64,000 nucleotides of DNA from Octopus sinensis (lineage: Eukaryota): the NCBI RefSeq assembly GCF_006345805.1, contig NC_043021.1, forward strand, positions 16,678,001 to 16,742,000, read 5' to 3'. Both the position numbers and the translations under genes were made by a program. Under the pieces are notes generated by a model that was given only the letters and a program-made list of their open reading frames with translations, had not been told where the DNA came from and searched no databases. Positions 50,925-63,097 of the stretch are shown here, piece after piece (within the stretch, counting starts at the first letter, position 1; every line of letters starts with the position of its first letter).

Positions 50925-51351
50925 ATGTATGAGCAAAACGCCCCTCCCCGTCTAATAGACGGTGCTGAGTTGTCAAACATTTAAACCAAATTTTCTCAAA
51001 ATAACTTGTCCGACCGTCCCATAGGCCTCTCCTTTGAGAAACACTGATTTAACCTAAATTTGAGACACCAAACAGGCCGACTTTTTTTGCGCAAACTGCA
51101 CGTGCATTATTCTCATGTACGTATAGTACTGATCGCAACAGCTGATGTATTTGCATGTACAAATGCATGTTCCCATGGCTTTATCGACTGCATTCTCACC
51201 TGGAATCGATTTAAAAAATTTTTTCCAAGACTTATACATGCCCTGATACCGTCGGTATCCACATATCCAATTTGAGTGCAATTGGATAGAGGATGCCCGA
51301 GATCCTAGAAGACACACACACAGACAGACAGAACGGATTTTATATAATAGA
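50925..51351 (-). mobile_element. Helitron-like element 5' portion
   Basis: Minus strand begins A|TCTATTATATAAAATCCGTTCTGTCTGTCTG; no 3' CTAG end found, so the left boundary is approximate. Confidence 0.5.
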
Positions 51352-51359
51352 TATACATA

Positions 51360-51775
51360 TAGGCGCAGGAGTGGCTGTGCGGTAAGTAGCTTGCTTACCA
51401 ACCACATGGTTCTGGGTTCAGTCCCACCGCGTGGCATCTTGGGCAAGTGTCTTCTGCTATAGCCTCGAGCCGACCAATGCCTTGTGAGTGGATTTGGTAG
51501 ACGGAAACTGAAAGAAGCCTGTCGTATATATGTATATATATATATATGTATGTGTGTGTATATGTTTGTGTGTCTGTGTTTGTCCCCCTAGCATTGCTTG
51601 ACAACCGATGCTGGTGTGCTTATGTCCCCGTCACTTAGCAGTTCGGCAAAAGAGACCGATAGAATAAGTACTGGGCTTACAATAGAATAAGTCCCGGGGT
51701 CGAGTTGCTCGATTAAAGGCGGTGCTCCAGCATGGCCGCAGTCAAATGACTGAAACAAGTAAAAGAGTAAAGAGT
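51360..51775 (+). mobile_element. SINE family 1, full-length
   Basis: Head, microsatellite and tail present. Confidence 0.88.
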
Positions 51776-53794
51776 ATATATATTGATGTATACAATGGAT
51801 TTCTATCAGTTTCATTCTACTAAATCCATTCACAAGGCTTTGGTTGGCCCGAGGCTTTAGCAGAAGACACTTGCCCAAGGTGCCATGCAGTGAGACTGAA
51901 CCCGGAACCATGTGGTTAGGAAGCAAGCTTCTTTATTTCATATAATTTGCCACAAGGGCAGTACACAGATAGAAGCTTGTGGGCTGGACATGGACAGGAT
52001 GAGATGAAATGGAACGAAATAATGCGGAAGGGAAGCATGTCAGCACCCACCGACCGACAAACCCTCGAATACAAAGTTTCTTACAACAATACAAAGTTTT
52101 TTACAATTCCCTTTGTCAGGTCCCCCAAGCAATGTGACTTGCCGCCTGCAGACAACTCTGCATCGACAAGTCGGGGCCTATGAAGAAGAAAGCAAATTCT
52201 TCCTTGTCAAAGGTCGCTGTGACCTTTGACAAAATTCTTTCCGTTCCTACCTCCGCAGCCACTTGAGGAGGCCATATCGAACTACTTGAGCAGACCGAGT
52301 ATGTGACCCTTTTTACAGATATACATGAGGAATATTGCACACTATGTTCAATTTGGTTCTGTGGTTAGAGTGTTGGGCTCACAGTCAGGAGGTTGTGAGT
52401 TCAATATCTAGACCGGGCTCTGTGCCGTGTTCTTGAGCAAGACACTTTATTTCACATTGCTCCAGTTCACTCAGCTGTAGAAATGAGTCACCTGGATTTG
52501 TGCCTCAGAGGGTTACTTTCTAGATTCAATCCCACAGTCAATCTTGACCGAACAGGGTCTTTGTGAGTTTGATTCCCTAACTGGGCTGTGTGTTGTGTTC
52601 TTGAGCAAGACTCTTTACTTCACATTGCTCCAGTTCACTCAGCTGTGGAAATGAGTTGCGACATCACTGGTGCCAAGCTGTATTGGCCCCTTTGCCTTTC
52701 CCTTGGATAACATCAGTCCCGTGAAGATAAGAGGCTGGTAGGCATGGGCGACTGCTGGTTTTCCATAAACAACCTTGCCAGGACTTTTGCCTGGTAGAGG
52801 AACTTTCTAAAGAAGATAAAAACTTCATTGTTTAACATCTGTTTTCCCATGCCGGCATGGGTTGGATGGTTCCATTGAATAGTTTATTCAATAAAATTTT
52901 ACTGGACCTTGGCACATTCACAGTGATATTTTCTAATCACTGATAACAATGTCTGACTCATACGGTTTATCTTTAATGCTTTATATCTAACTTGTTTCAG
53001 TCATTTGACTGTGGCCATGTTGGAGCACCACCTTGAAGAATGTTTGGTTGAATGACTTGAACCCGGTGCATAATTTTTCTGAACCCTAGTAATTATTCTA
53101 TTGGACCATTTTGCCAAACTGCTAAGTTACGGGGATATAAACAAACCAACACTGGTTGTCAGTTGGTGATGGGGACAAATACAGACACCAAAACCACACA
53201 CACACACATGGATACACATTTATATACAATGGGTTTCTTTCAGTTTCCACCTACCAAATCAACTCACAAGGCTGTGGTCGGCCTGAGGCTATAGTAGAAG
53301 AAATTGGCCCAAGGTACCATGCAGTGAGACTGAACCCGGAACTATGTGGTTGGGAAGCAAGCTTCTTACCACACAGTCATGCCTGCACCATATCTCAATC
53401 CTGATAAAGATTCTTCTGAAAATGTGTTTAAAATATTTAAAAAATGTACACTGGCTTAAATATTTTCTTAGCAAAATCCTGACCCTTTAAATACTCAGTG
53501 CCCCTTCTCCCATTCATAGAAACCCCAGTTTTATGAGCTTACACTGCTTCTAAGTGGGGAACTGCTGGGCCAGGTTAAGAAGCACAGATGTAAAACCCTT
53601 CCGCATTGGTTCTTTGAAGTTTATCTTTATTTACAATGAGTAAAGTGACTGAAATATCTACAGCTATAATTAGTTCATTATATGCAACAGAAGCAGTACA
53701 AGATTAAAATAGACAACTGTGTATCATACTTAATGCAGATACACCATCGAAAAGCAAATTAACTGCAGTACTCATCCTGAGACACAGGTGTGTA

Positions 53795-53802
53795 GATGAT
53801 GA

Positions 53803-53836
<34 letters not shown>

Positions 53837-53947
53837 GGTGGTGGTGGTGGTGGTGGTGGTGGTGATGATGACGATGACGATGATGGTGGTGGTGGTGGTG
53901 GTGATGATGATGATGATGATGATGATTGTTGCTGTTGTTGTTGTTGT
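53795..53947. repeat. Compound (GAT)n(GGT)n(GTT)n trinucleotide array
   Basis: Directly visible. Confidence 0.9.
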
Positions 53948-54280
53948 CTCTCGTAGTCCGAGAAAGACCGTTGTGCAATTTCTAACTGAGTGACCTGTGC
54001 AAATGATTTGCTTATAGTGATCATGTGTTTGTGCTGTTGATTATCTCTCTCCCTCCATCAAATCAGCATTGCCTGAACAGGAATTCAGCGTACCACATGT
54101 CTGGCGCCAAAGTTATCACGGAGCAATGTGAGATGAAGTGCTTTGGCTCGAAAGAAAAAAAAATACACCACCTGATCCAAAAATTGAAACCCTGATCTTG
54201 TGATCAGGAGTGCAGCACCCTAACCACTAGGCCATGCTCCTGCACATACAAACATACATACACACTCTCAATCACACACC

Positions 54281-54896
54281 TAGGATGAATGTTGCTGTAA
54301 TTTAGCCCCAGGAGACATCGTCTCCAACTGGCTATACAACACGATTTGTGTCCTTACATTTTTGAACAAGGGAATCTAGTACTCTCACCCAGCTCAAAAC
54401 AATATCTGTATATCGCGATTTCCGGATTATAAGGACACAGATTGTGATGTATAGCGAGCTGGAGACGATGTCTCTTGGGGCTAAATTACAGCAACATTCG
54501 TCCTAAACCAGGACTGCCATGTTATGTTGACAAACAATCTTTACTACAAATCTCACAACATGAGATATTCAGCAACAGTACTTTGTAGTAAAGATTGTTT
54601 GTCAACATAACATGGCAGTCCTGGTTTAGGACGAATGTTGCTGTAATTTAGCCCCAGGAGACATCATCTCCAGCTGGCTATACAACACAATCTGTGTCCT
54701 TATAATCCGGAAATCGCGATACACAGATATTGTTTTGAGCTGGGTGAGAGTACTAGATTCCCTTGTTCAAAAATGTAAGGACACAGATCGTGTCGTATAG
54801 CCAGCTGGAGACGATGTCTCCTGGGGCTAAATTACAGCAACATTCATCCTAAACCACGACTGCCATGTTATGTTGGCAAGCAATCTTTACTACAAA
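54281..54896. mobile_element. Two adjacent inverted copies of a fold-back MITE forming a 571-bp palindrome
   Basis: Arms 54281-54550 and 54582-54851 (8 mismatches in 270 bp by eye) with a 31-bp loop. Each 225-bp core has 76-bp internal TIRs. Confidence 0.85.
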
Positions 54897-55081
54897 GTCT
54901 TCTGTCAGTTTCAATGTATCAAAGTAGGAGAGGCAGTGACTAGTGACTGAGACCGTTGGTGATATGCTGTGCTTGAGAAGAACTGTCAAACCATATGAAA
55001 TCATAGTCATGGCTGATGTTAGTGTCACGTAACTAGCACCCATGCCAGTGGCATGTAAAGGGTACCATTTGAGCATTAAGG

Positions 55082-55734
55082 CTCCCGGAGGCAAATTGAT
55101 CGAGTTCCTTTTGAGTGTTGGGCCTCAATCAGGCAAAGTGGTTGAGTTCCTTTCAAGCGTTGGGCCTCAATGAGGCAAAGTGGTTGAGTTCCTTTCAAGT
55201 GTTGGGCCTCCCAGAGGCAAAGTGGTTGAGTTCCTTTCAAGCGTTGGGCCTCATGGAAGCAAAGTGGTTGAGTTCCTCTCAAGCGTTGGGCCTCATGGAG
55301 GCAAAGTGGTTGAGTTCCTTTCAAGCGTTGGGCCTCCCAGAGACAAAGTGGTTGAGTTCCTTTCAAGCATTGGGCCTCATGGATACAAAGTGGCTGAGTT
55401 CCTTTTGAGCGTTGGGCCTCATGGAGGCAGAGTGGTTGAGTTCCTTTTGAGCATTGGGCCTCTCGGTGGCAAAGTGGTTGAGTTCCTTTCAAGCGCTGGG
55501 CCTCCTAGAGGCAAAGTGGTTGAGTTCCTTTCAAGCGTTGGGCCTCAATGAGGCAAAGTGGTTGAGTTCCTTTCAAGTGTTGGGCCTCAATGAGGCAAAG
55601 TGGTTGAGTTCCTTTTGAGTGTTGGGCCTCCCGGAGGCAGAGTGGTTGAGTTCCTTTTGAGCATTGGGCCTCTCGGTGGCAAAGTGATTGAGTTCTTTTC
55701 AGGCGCTGGGCCTCCCAGAGGCAAAGTGGTTGAG
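55082..55734. repeat. 42-bp minisatellite, about 15 copies, derived from RTE 3' sequence
   Basis: Unit TTGAGTTCCTTTCAAGCGTTGGGCCTCAATGAGGCAAAGTGG; the array runs directly into the RTE 3' UTR. Confidence 0.9.
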
Positions 55735-56020
55735 CGAGACCTTTAGCAATATGCTGTGCTTGAGAAGAAGACCCGTCAAGCTGAGCAAAATCACAGTCGT
55801 GGCAGATACTGGTGTCGTGCAAATGGCACCTGTGCCAGTGGTACGTAAAAGCACCCATTACACTCTCAGAGTGGTTGGTGTTAGGAAGGGCATCCAGCCA
55901 TAGAAAACGATGCCAAATCAGACTGGAGTCTGGTGCAACCTTCCAGCTTACCAACCCTGGTCAAAGCATCCAACCCATGCCAGCATGGACATCAGATGTT
56001 AGATGATGATGATGATGATG
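55735..56020 (+). mobile_element. RTE LINE 3' UTR with (GAT)n tail
   Basis: CGAGACCTTTAGCAATATGCTGTGCTTGAGAAG...GTTAGATGATGATG. Confidence 0.8.
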
Positions 56021-56420
56021 AAATTCACTCACAAGTCTTTGGCTGGCCCAGGGCTATAATAGAAGACACTTGTCAAGGGTGCCATGCACTGGAACTGAAC
56101 CCAAAAGCATGTTGTGGTTGGGAAGCAATCTTCTTAATCACTCGGCTATGTCCGAACCTTGGAATTGTTTTGTGAAAATCTTATGAATTTACGAACCTTG
56201 CCAACCCCTGTTTTTCTCTGAAAAGTGAACGGAGCAATTTAGGGAACCATTGAAAATGTGAGGAGAGAAGAATAATTTATGCTTTTATATTTTTGTTACA
56301 TCAAAAATTCCTTTTAACAAGTTACAGACTTACATAGTAATTTACTTTAAGAAGAAAAAAAATGAAGGCACTCTTTTTTAAATAAGATGCTATGCATGTA
56401 TTTCTTTCTCTCTCCTTATA

Positions 56421-56459
<39 letters not shown>

Positions 56460-56509
56460 CAAAAACTGTCTGATGAACGGCAACGAGAAACTCAGAGTAA
56501 CAGATTTTG
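56460..56509 (+). ncRNA. Minimal type I hammerhead ribozyme (Penelope-like-element type)
   Basis: CAAAAACTGT-CTGATGA-ACG GCAA CGA-GAAA-CTC A GAG-TA-ACAGATTTTG: intact CUGAUGA and GAAA cores, GUA cleavage triplet (cut after 56499), stem I, GNRA-capped stem II and palindromic stem III. Confidence 0.75.
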
Positions 56510-57145
56510 TTGAATTTTCTGCTGCTTAAAATAAAGCATATTACTCTACCACTGGTATTTGAGTACTCTTTTTCCACCTTGTTTCACATTTATGTGTTTA
56601 CTCCGGTATATATATATATATATTAATCATATATATGTATTCATATATACATATAAAGTCACACATAACTAAGTTTAAAAAAAAAAGACACACTACAACC
56701 GCTAACTTTCGGGGCAGGGAACCACACATACACACTCATATATATATATATTTTTTTTTTTTTAAGAAAAAAGGCAAGGTCCCGGCAGGTGCTATTTTAA
56801 TTATCAGGGGGAGGTAAATCCGTCGAGCTCAGGTTATCTTCCCTTTGTTTTAGAGAGGTTTTTAAAAGAAGAACCACAACTACTTCACGTTTTTGTCACA
56901 CACGGAGCGAAACACATTCAAAGACGGGGGTTGTTGTTGTCTCATATTATTATTATTATTATTATTATTATTATCATCATTACTACATTACTCTCTACGA
57001 CGACGACTCCTCCTGTGCTGCTCTGCTGCTCTTGTTTTTTTTTTTTTTTTTACACACATTTTTGTTTGTTTGCAAACCAAAGAAGAATAGCAAATGTTTC
57101 TAGTATTCGAAACATCCAGTTGACTCCAGTTTACATATTCAAACT

Positions 57146-57199
57146 ATGGCTGACGACGGTGAAGTACTGGATAGTTGGGAGGAACTGGATGATAAAGCA
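57146..57199 (+). CDS. SZRD1: First coding exon of a probable SUZ RNA-binding domain-containing protein
   Basis: MADDGEVLDSWEELDDKA followed by a phase-0 GTAAGT donor. It resembles the SZRD1 N-terminus as I recall it (human MEDEEVAESWEEAADSG). It lies in CpG-rich unique sequence; no downstream exon was found in the window. Confidence 0.65.
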
Positions 57200-59669
57200 G
57201 TAAGTACCGAAAAAAAAAAGAATCCATCCCCTTCGATTGTTGCCGTTTGCAAGGGGCACAAAGTGAGGGATCCATGATACACTCTGGCGATCCCCGACTT
57301 TGTGTCCTCCATGCTCTACACTTTTGATATATGCCGAACGTAGTTGTGGTGGTGGAGGCGGCGGTGATGTTTCTATTACTATTTCTGTTATTGATGATGA
57401 TGATGATGATGTTGATGCTTGTGGTGGTGGTGGTGGATGCGGCTGTGATGTTATTATTATTTTTATTACTATAGTGTTGTTTGTTGATGGTGATGGTGGT
57501 AGTGAGTGTCTCTAGTTATGTGTCTTGAAGGGGGTTTTCATTATTATCACCATTAATGTTATTATTATTATTAACACTGTTTCTTCTTTGTGAACCCTTA
57601 ATATGTCCAAACCTATTATTCTTCTTCTTTTGTTATTTTTTGTTCTGTTCTGTCTTTGCTCTGACCACATTCTTCTTGCACGTGTCATACTTAGCGGCTG
57701 GCCTACAACCCGTTTCATTTACCAATTCTTATTTATACAACACACAGACAGACCCCACAAAACAATATAACATACATATACACATGTATATTGCGATACA
57801 TGCATGTATATACATATATATAGTATATACATGTATGTATATACGTACACATAGCATACACATATATGTGTATGTTTATATTATATATATATATGTAACT
57901 ACATGTGTGTGTGTATGTTTATATAGGTGTATATATAAGGGAGGACCCTAGTATTTAGAGATTCTGTGGAATTTTCCGGTGCCTCATCGATGTGAGGATA
58001 TATATATATATATATATACGCACATACACATATGTAATAAACGATTGTACATACACATCTTGTATAGATTTAATTTAATCTTCGGTCAGCTGCCTTCAAC
58101 TGAAATGTCAGTGAACTGTAGACCTAACTTTATATATTTCTACCTGGATTAATAATACAATTACCGCTTCTACTAATAATGATAAATTTACCTTCAACAA
58201 TCACCTTTTTTCCATCAGATGTTAACATCTCATCACCTTCGTTTTCCCCCTTAATTCTATAAAAAATATCCACGATAAATATTGTTTCTTAACTTCCTAC
58301 GTTGATCCTTTTTTTGTCTTAAAGCTCTAGATATGGAAATATATTCGGTCCGGCCCGTGGGATTTACATTTTGGTTTCTTTCTCTCCTTCTGCATCTTCT
58401 GTCTCTGATGTTCCATCTTTCGGTAAATGGTAACTGTTTAGAATAATCCCTTTTCATTTCACAACCACCTAAAAAGGGGGAGCTTAAAGACTACACAAGA
58501 TGTTTAGAGAAGATGCAATCGGTTTAGATATTCCTTATCTTAAATATTTTTTTTACCTTGTTGGCGTTGTTAACTTTAAGAATTTCCTTACTTCAACAAA
58601 CCTTTTTCCCCCCCAATATTTCCACACCCCAGTCGATCTATTGGACATGTTCTCCGTTCCTGATGAATGAATTAATCTTTCGAAGGGGTTTTCCTTTTCC
58701 TTGTTGTCCTTTTTCTTTCATGACTATAAAAAACATATCGTTATTTTATATTAAAAATAACATTTCATTCCCAAAGACTCGTTTTACTCGGAATATAAAA
58801 AAATTACTCACACACACATACCCACATATATATATACAGTGTTGAACTATTAAGAGAAAATTACATATATAATTCCTACTAGACGATAATTCATACATTT
58901 TTATTGTATGTTTAAACTTCATGGGAGATTTTAGCCCCCTAAAAATATGCAAAATTTGTTTTGTGGGGGATATTTAATGTATTTTATTGCGATAGTTTGT
59001 CACGCACTTGACTTAACCAATTATGGCGAAAAGTACTAAAGTAAGCTTGTCGTGAAACATAGCCACTTCCGATGGCGTGATGAGTAAAATTTCCTTCGAT
59101 GTCGATGTTGTTTTTAACTGTGGAAATACAGCTTCCAGTTAGATTTCTACATCTTTCTGCCATCCAACTACTGCTGGAGCTTCTACCTCCTCCACATCAC
59201 TCTTAAATTCGACAAGACATTCGATCGGCCTTTACATGATGATGGCATGTAGTCGCCATGCTGTTTTCGTTTCTCAAACACCACATGTCATTCTTTGACT
59301 CCCGGTGACTCAAGTCTCCGCGACAAAATCCTTGTTTCCAGCCGAAATTCGTGTCAATTTGACATTATCTCGTCCACAATTCAACGATTACCGCTTTTAA
59401 TTACTACTTGAACCCACCTTAAACGTTGTTTCTAACAGTCGGGAGTTTCCTAAATGTTTTCGCGTCAATGACTTCTCCCTACAAATAGTTGGAACACTTT
59501 GTCTGACAGTCCCAAGTAAACATTTTTTAAAAAATATATAGCGGCCCGCCTTACGTTTTAATTATTTAAGTAAATATATATCATAAACAGTTGTTATTCT
59601 TAGTAAAGTCTCTGTTTTTCAGTTTTTCTTCGCTATAAACACATTTTTTGATATATATATGTATATATA

Positions 59670-59710
<41 letters not shown>

Positions 59711-59749
59711 TGTAGGTCCCGGGTTGATCCGGGGTTAACCACAGTAATA

Positions 59750-60067
59750 TATATATATATATATATATGTATGTATATGTATATATATTCATTATCACAC
59801 GTATATATATATATATATATATGTATGTATATGTATATATATTCATTATCACACGTATATATATATATATATGTATGTATATGTATATATATTCATTATC
59901 ACACGTATAATATATATATATATATGTATGTATATGTATATATTCATTATCACACGTATATATATATATGTATGTATATGTATATATATTCATTATCACA
60001 CGTATATATATATGTGTGTATGTATATGTATATATATTCATTATCACACGTAATATATATATATATG

Positions 60068-60111
<44 letters not shown>

Positions 60112-60570
60112 ATATATTCATTATCACACGTATATATATATATGTATATGTATATATATTCATTATCACACGTATATATATATATATATGTATGTATATG
60201 TATATATATTCATTATCACACGTATATATATATATGTATATGTATATATATTCATTATCACACGTATATATATATATGTGTATGTATATGTATATATATT
60301 CATTATCACACGTATATATATATATGTGTATGTATATGTATATATATTCATATCACACGTATATATATATATATATTGTATGTATATGTATATATATTCA
60401 TTATCACACGTATATATATATATATATATATGTATGTATATGTATATATATCATTATCACACGTATATATATTATATATGTGTATGTATATATATTCATT
60501 ATCACACGTATATATATATGTGTGTATGTATATGTATATATATTCATTATCACACGTAATATATATATAT

Positions 60571-60601
<31 letters not shown>

Positions 60602-61055
60602 GTATGTATATGTATATATATTCATTATCACACGTATATATATATATGTATATGTATATATATTCATATCACACGTATATATATATATATATGTATGTAT
60701 ATGTATATATATTCATTATCACACGTATATATATATATATTATATATATATATATTCATTATCACACGTATATATATATATATGTGTATGTATATGTATA
60801 TATATTCATTATCACACGTATATATATATATGTGTATGTATATGTATATATATTCATTATCACACGTATATATATATATATGTGTATGTATATGTATATA
60901 TATTCATTATCACACGTATATACGTGTATGTATATGTATATATATTCATTATCACACGTATATATATATATGTGTGTATGTATATGTATATATATTCATT
61001 ATCACACGTATATATATATATATATGTGTATGTATATATATTCATTATCACACGT
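59750..61055. repeat. Composite satellite: constant TTCATTATCACACGT core (26 copies) separated by variable (TA)n/TATG
   Basis: Cores counted by eye; mean period about 50 bp. Confidence 0.9.
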
Positions 61056-61646
61056 AAATCGGACGCATAGATAGAGTACAAATAAACCCTGCCAAGATAA
61101 GGTGTATCACTACCTGCTCGTGGGTCACAGAGTTCAAATCCATTATTTGTGTAATCGTTGTTTTTGTTCGATTCTACTTTCACGGCATCGTTTCACCCAC
61201 CGAGTTCTTTGAGGAATACTTCGTACAGATTTCCCCTATCATCATAAAACCACACTTTAAAGTACTTGCATCTAAGGTTCTAAGGATTCTTCAGTACTAA
61301 GAAGACATTCACTGTGTGTGTGTATGTGTGTGAAATAATCTGTTGGGGGTAACCATTGTAAATGTAGAACCAAACAGTTCTTGCATTGGGGCGGATAAAT
61401 AAATTGTTGTTTGGACTCAAGTCAAGTTATGATCAGAGGTGTTCCAACCATGACCAACTCATCTTTTTTTTTTTTTAATAATATATCTAGTACTGTGTCC
61501 ATCCCTTTAAACGCCTGTAGAGTGTAATTTGAGAGAATTTGGTTGTTATTTTTAACAGCTCAGACGAACAGATAAAATGTATACGTTTTGTTGGTGCTAT
61601 GCTGAGTTGTAAGACAAGATGTTTTGGTTCATCTTACTGTTGTTTA

Positions 61647-61739
61647 TTACTCACTCCATGTCAGCCCAGGGGGGACGTTCACGACTGGAACGTCTTTGAT
61701 CATAGATCTGCTTGATCTGGGCTGACATGGAGTGAGTAA
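61647..61739. repeat. Perfect 23-bp inverted repeat with a 47-nt structured loop
   Basis: TTACTCACTCCATGTCAGCCCAG (61647-61669) and its reverse complement (61717-61739). Confidence 0.85.
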
Positions 61740-62147
61740 CAAATCTCAATTCCGTGCAAATTTGTTTTACATCTATGTAAGGTAATGTGGCTTAGTGGTT
61801 AGGGCGTTGGTTTTGTGTTCACAAGGTCGTGGGTTCAATTCTTGGACTGTGTGTGTGTGTTGTGTTATTGAGCAAAGCTCACCATTTCACACTATTTCAG
61901 TCTACTCAGCTGAAACCGAGGACCATCCTACTACAGAGTCGACCTTCTCTCTCCTTCTAGACGTCACATCCTCTGTGTTCTCCTAGGTCAAAGATGGGAG
62001 GACCGAGAGAGTGGCTATGTCTTCTCACAAATCTACAGGTACCTAAAATAATTAGCAAACACATGTTAAAAGCCACCATCTCAGGCTTACTTGTGATTGA
62101 CAGCCAAGTTTTTTTTAGTGAGGAATCACTTGAGAAAGTTACTCTAA

Positions 62148-62308
62148 TAGGCGCAGGAGTGGATGTGTGGTAAGTAGCTTGCTTACCAACCACATGGTTC
62201 CGGGTTCAGTCCCATGGTGTGGCACCTTGGGCAAGTGTCTTCTACTATAGCCTCAGGCTGACCAAAGTCTTGTGAGTGGATTTGGTAGACGGAAACTGAA
62301 AGGCCCGT

Positions 62309-62339
<31 letters not shown>

Positions 62340-62520
62340 GACATATTTGTGTCTGTGTTTGTCTCCACCAACATCACTTGACAACCAATGCTGGTACATT
62401 TACGTCCCTGTAACTTAACGGCTCAGCAGAAATGACTGATAGAATAAGTACTAGGCTTACACAGAATAAGTCCTGGGATTGATTTGCTCGACTAAATGAC
62501 TAAAGTAGATAAAAGAATAA
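62148..62520 (+). mobile_element. SINE family 1
   Basis: Head, microsatellite and partly deleted tail. Confidence 0.8.
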
Positions 62521-62711
62521 TACAGGGTGTTGATATTAAGTGTTCCTAAGTTGTGAGTATTGTGCTTTCTGCATGTGGTTGCATCCAGATAGAGCAATAT
62601 GCATAACTGTAGCCTGATGCAATAAGTAATTTCTTGATTCTCTCATCGAAAATTGTGTAGCTTCTTGATAGAATTCTGGAATGGTCATGTTTTAGAGACA
62701 AATAAGTTTAA

Positions 62712-63031
62712 CCCCTTTTGATACCAACCGACCTGAGACCACTTTGGTTCAGCTATACAAACTTCCTGTTTTAAAATGATTTAACCCTTTAGCATTTAAA
62801 CTGACCATGTCTGGCCAAAAGTATTCTGCCTGTTTTATGTTCAAACTGACCAGATCTGGTCTCTCAGACCAACCCTACTCTTACTCTTTTACTCGTTTCA
62901 GTCATTTGACTGCGGCCATGCTGGAGCACCGCCTTTAATCGAGCAACTCGACCCCGGGACTTATTCTTTTGTAACGGGGACATAAACACACCAGCATCGG
63001 TTGTCAAGCAATGCTAGGGGGACAAACACAA

Positions 63032-63097
<66 letters not shown>

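Noticed and set aside
53704-54024. Poly-His, poly-Pro/Ser and poly-Met/Val ORFs
   Set aside because: Trinucleotide microsatellite translations with no flanking coding sequence.
59750-61055. CRISPR-like constant repeat with variable spacers
   Set aside because: Spacers are only (TA)n/TATG microsatellite, the context is eukaryotic and there are no cas genes.
61961-62040. Possible SZRD1 exon 2 (acceptors at 61960 and 61986)
   Set aside because: Translations do not resemble SZRD1 and the donor is weak.
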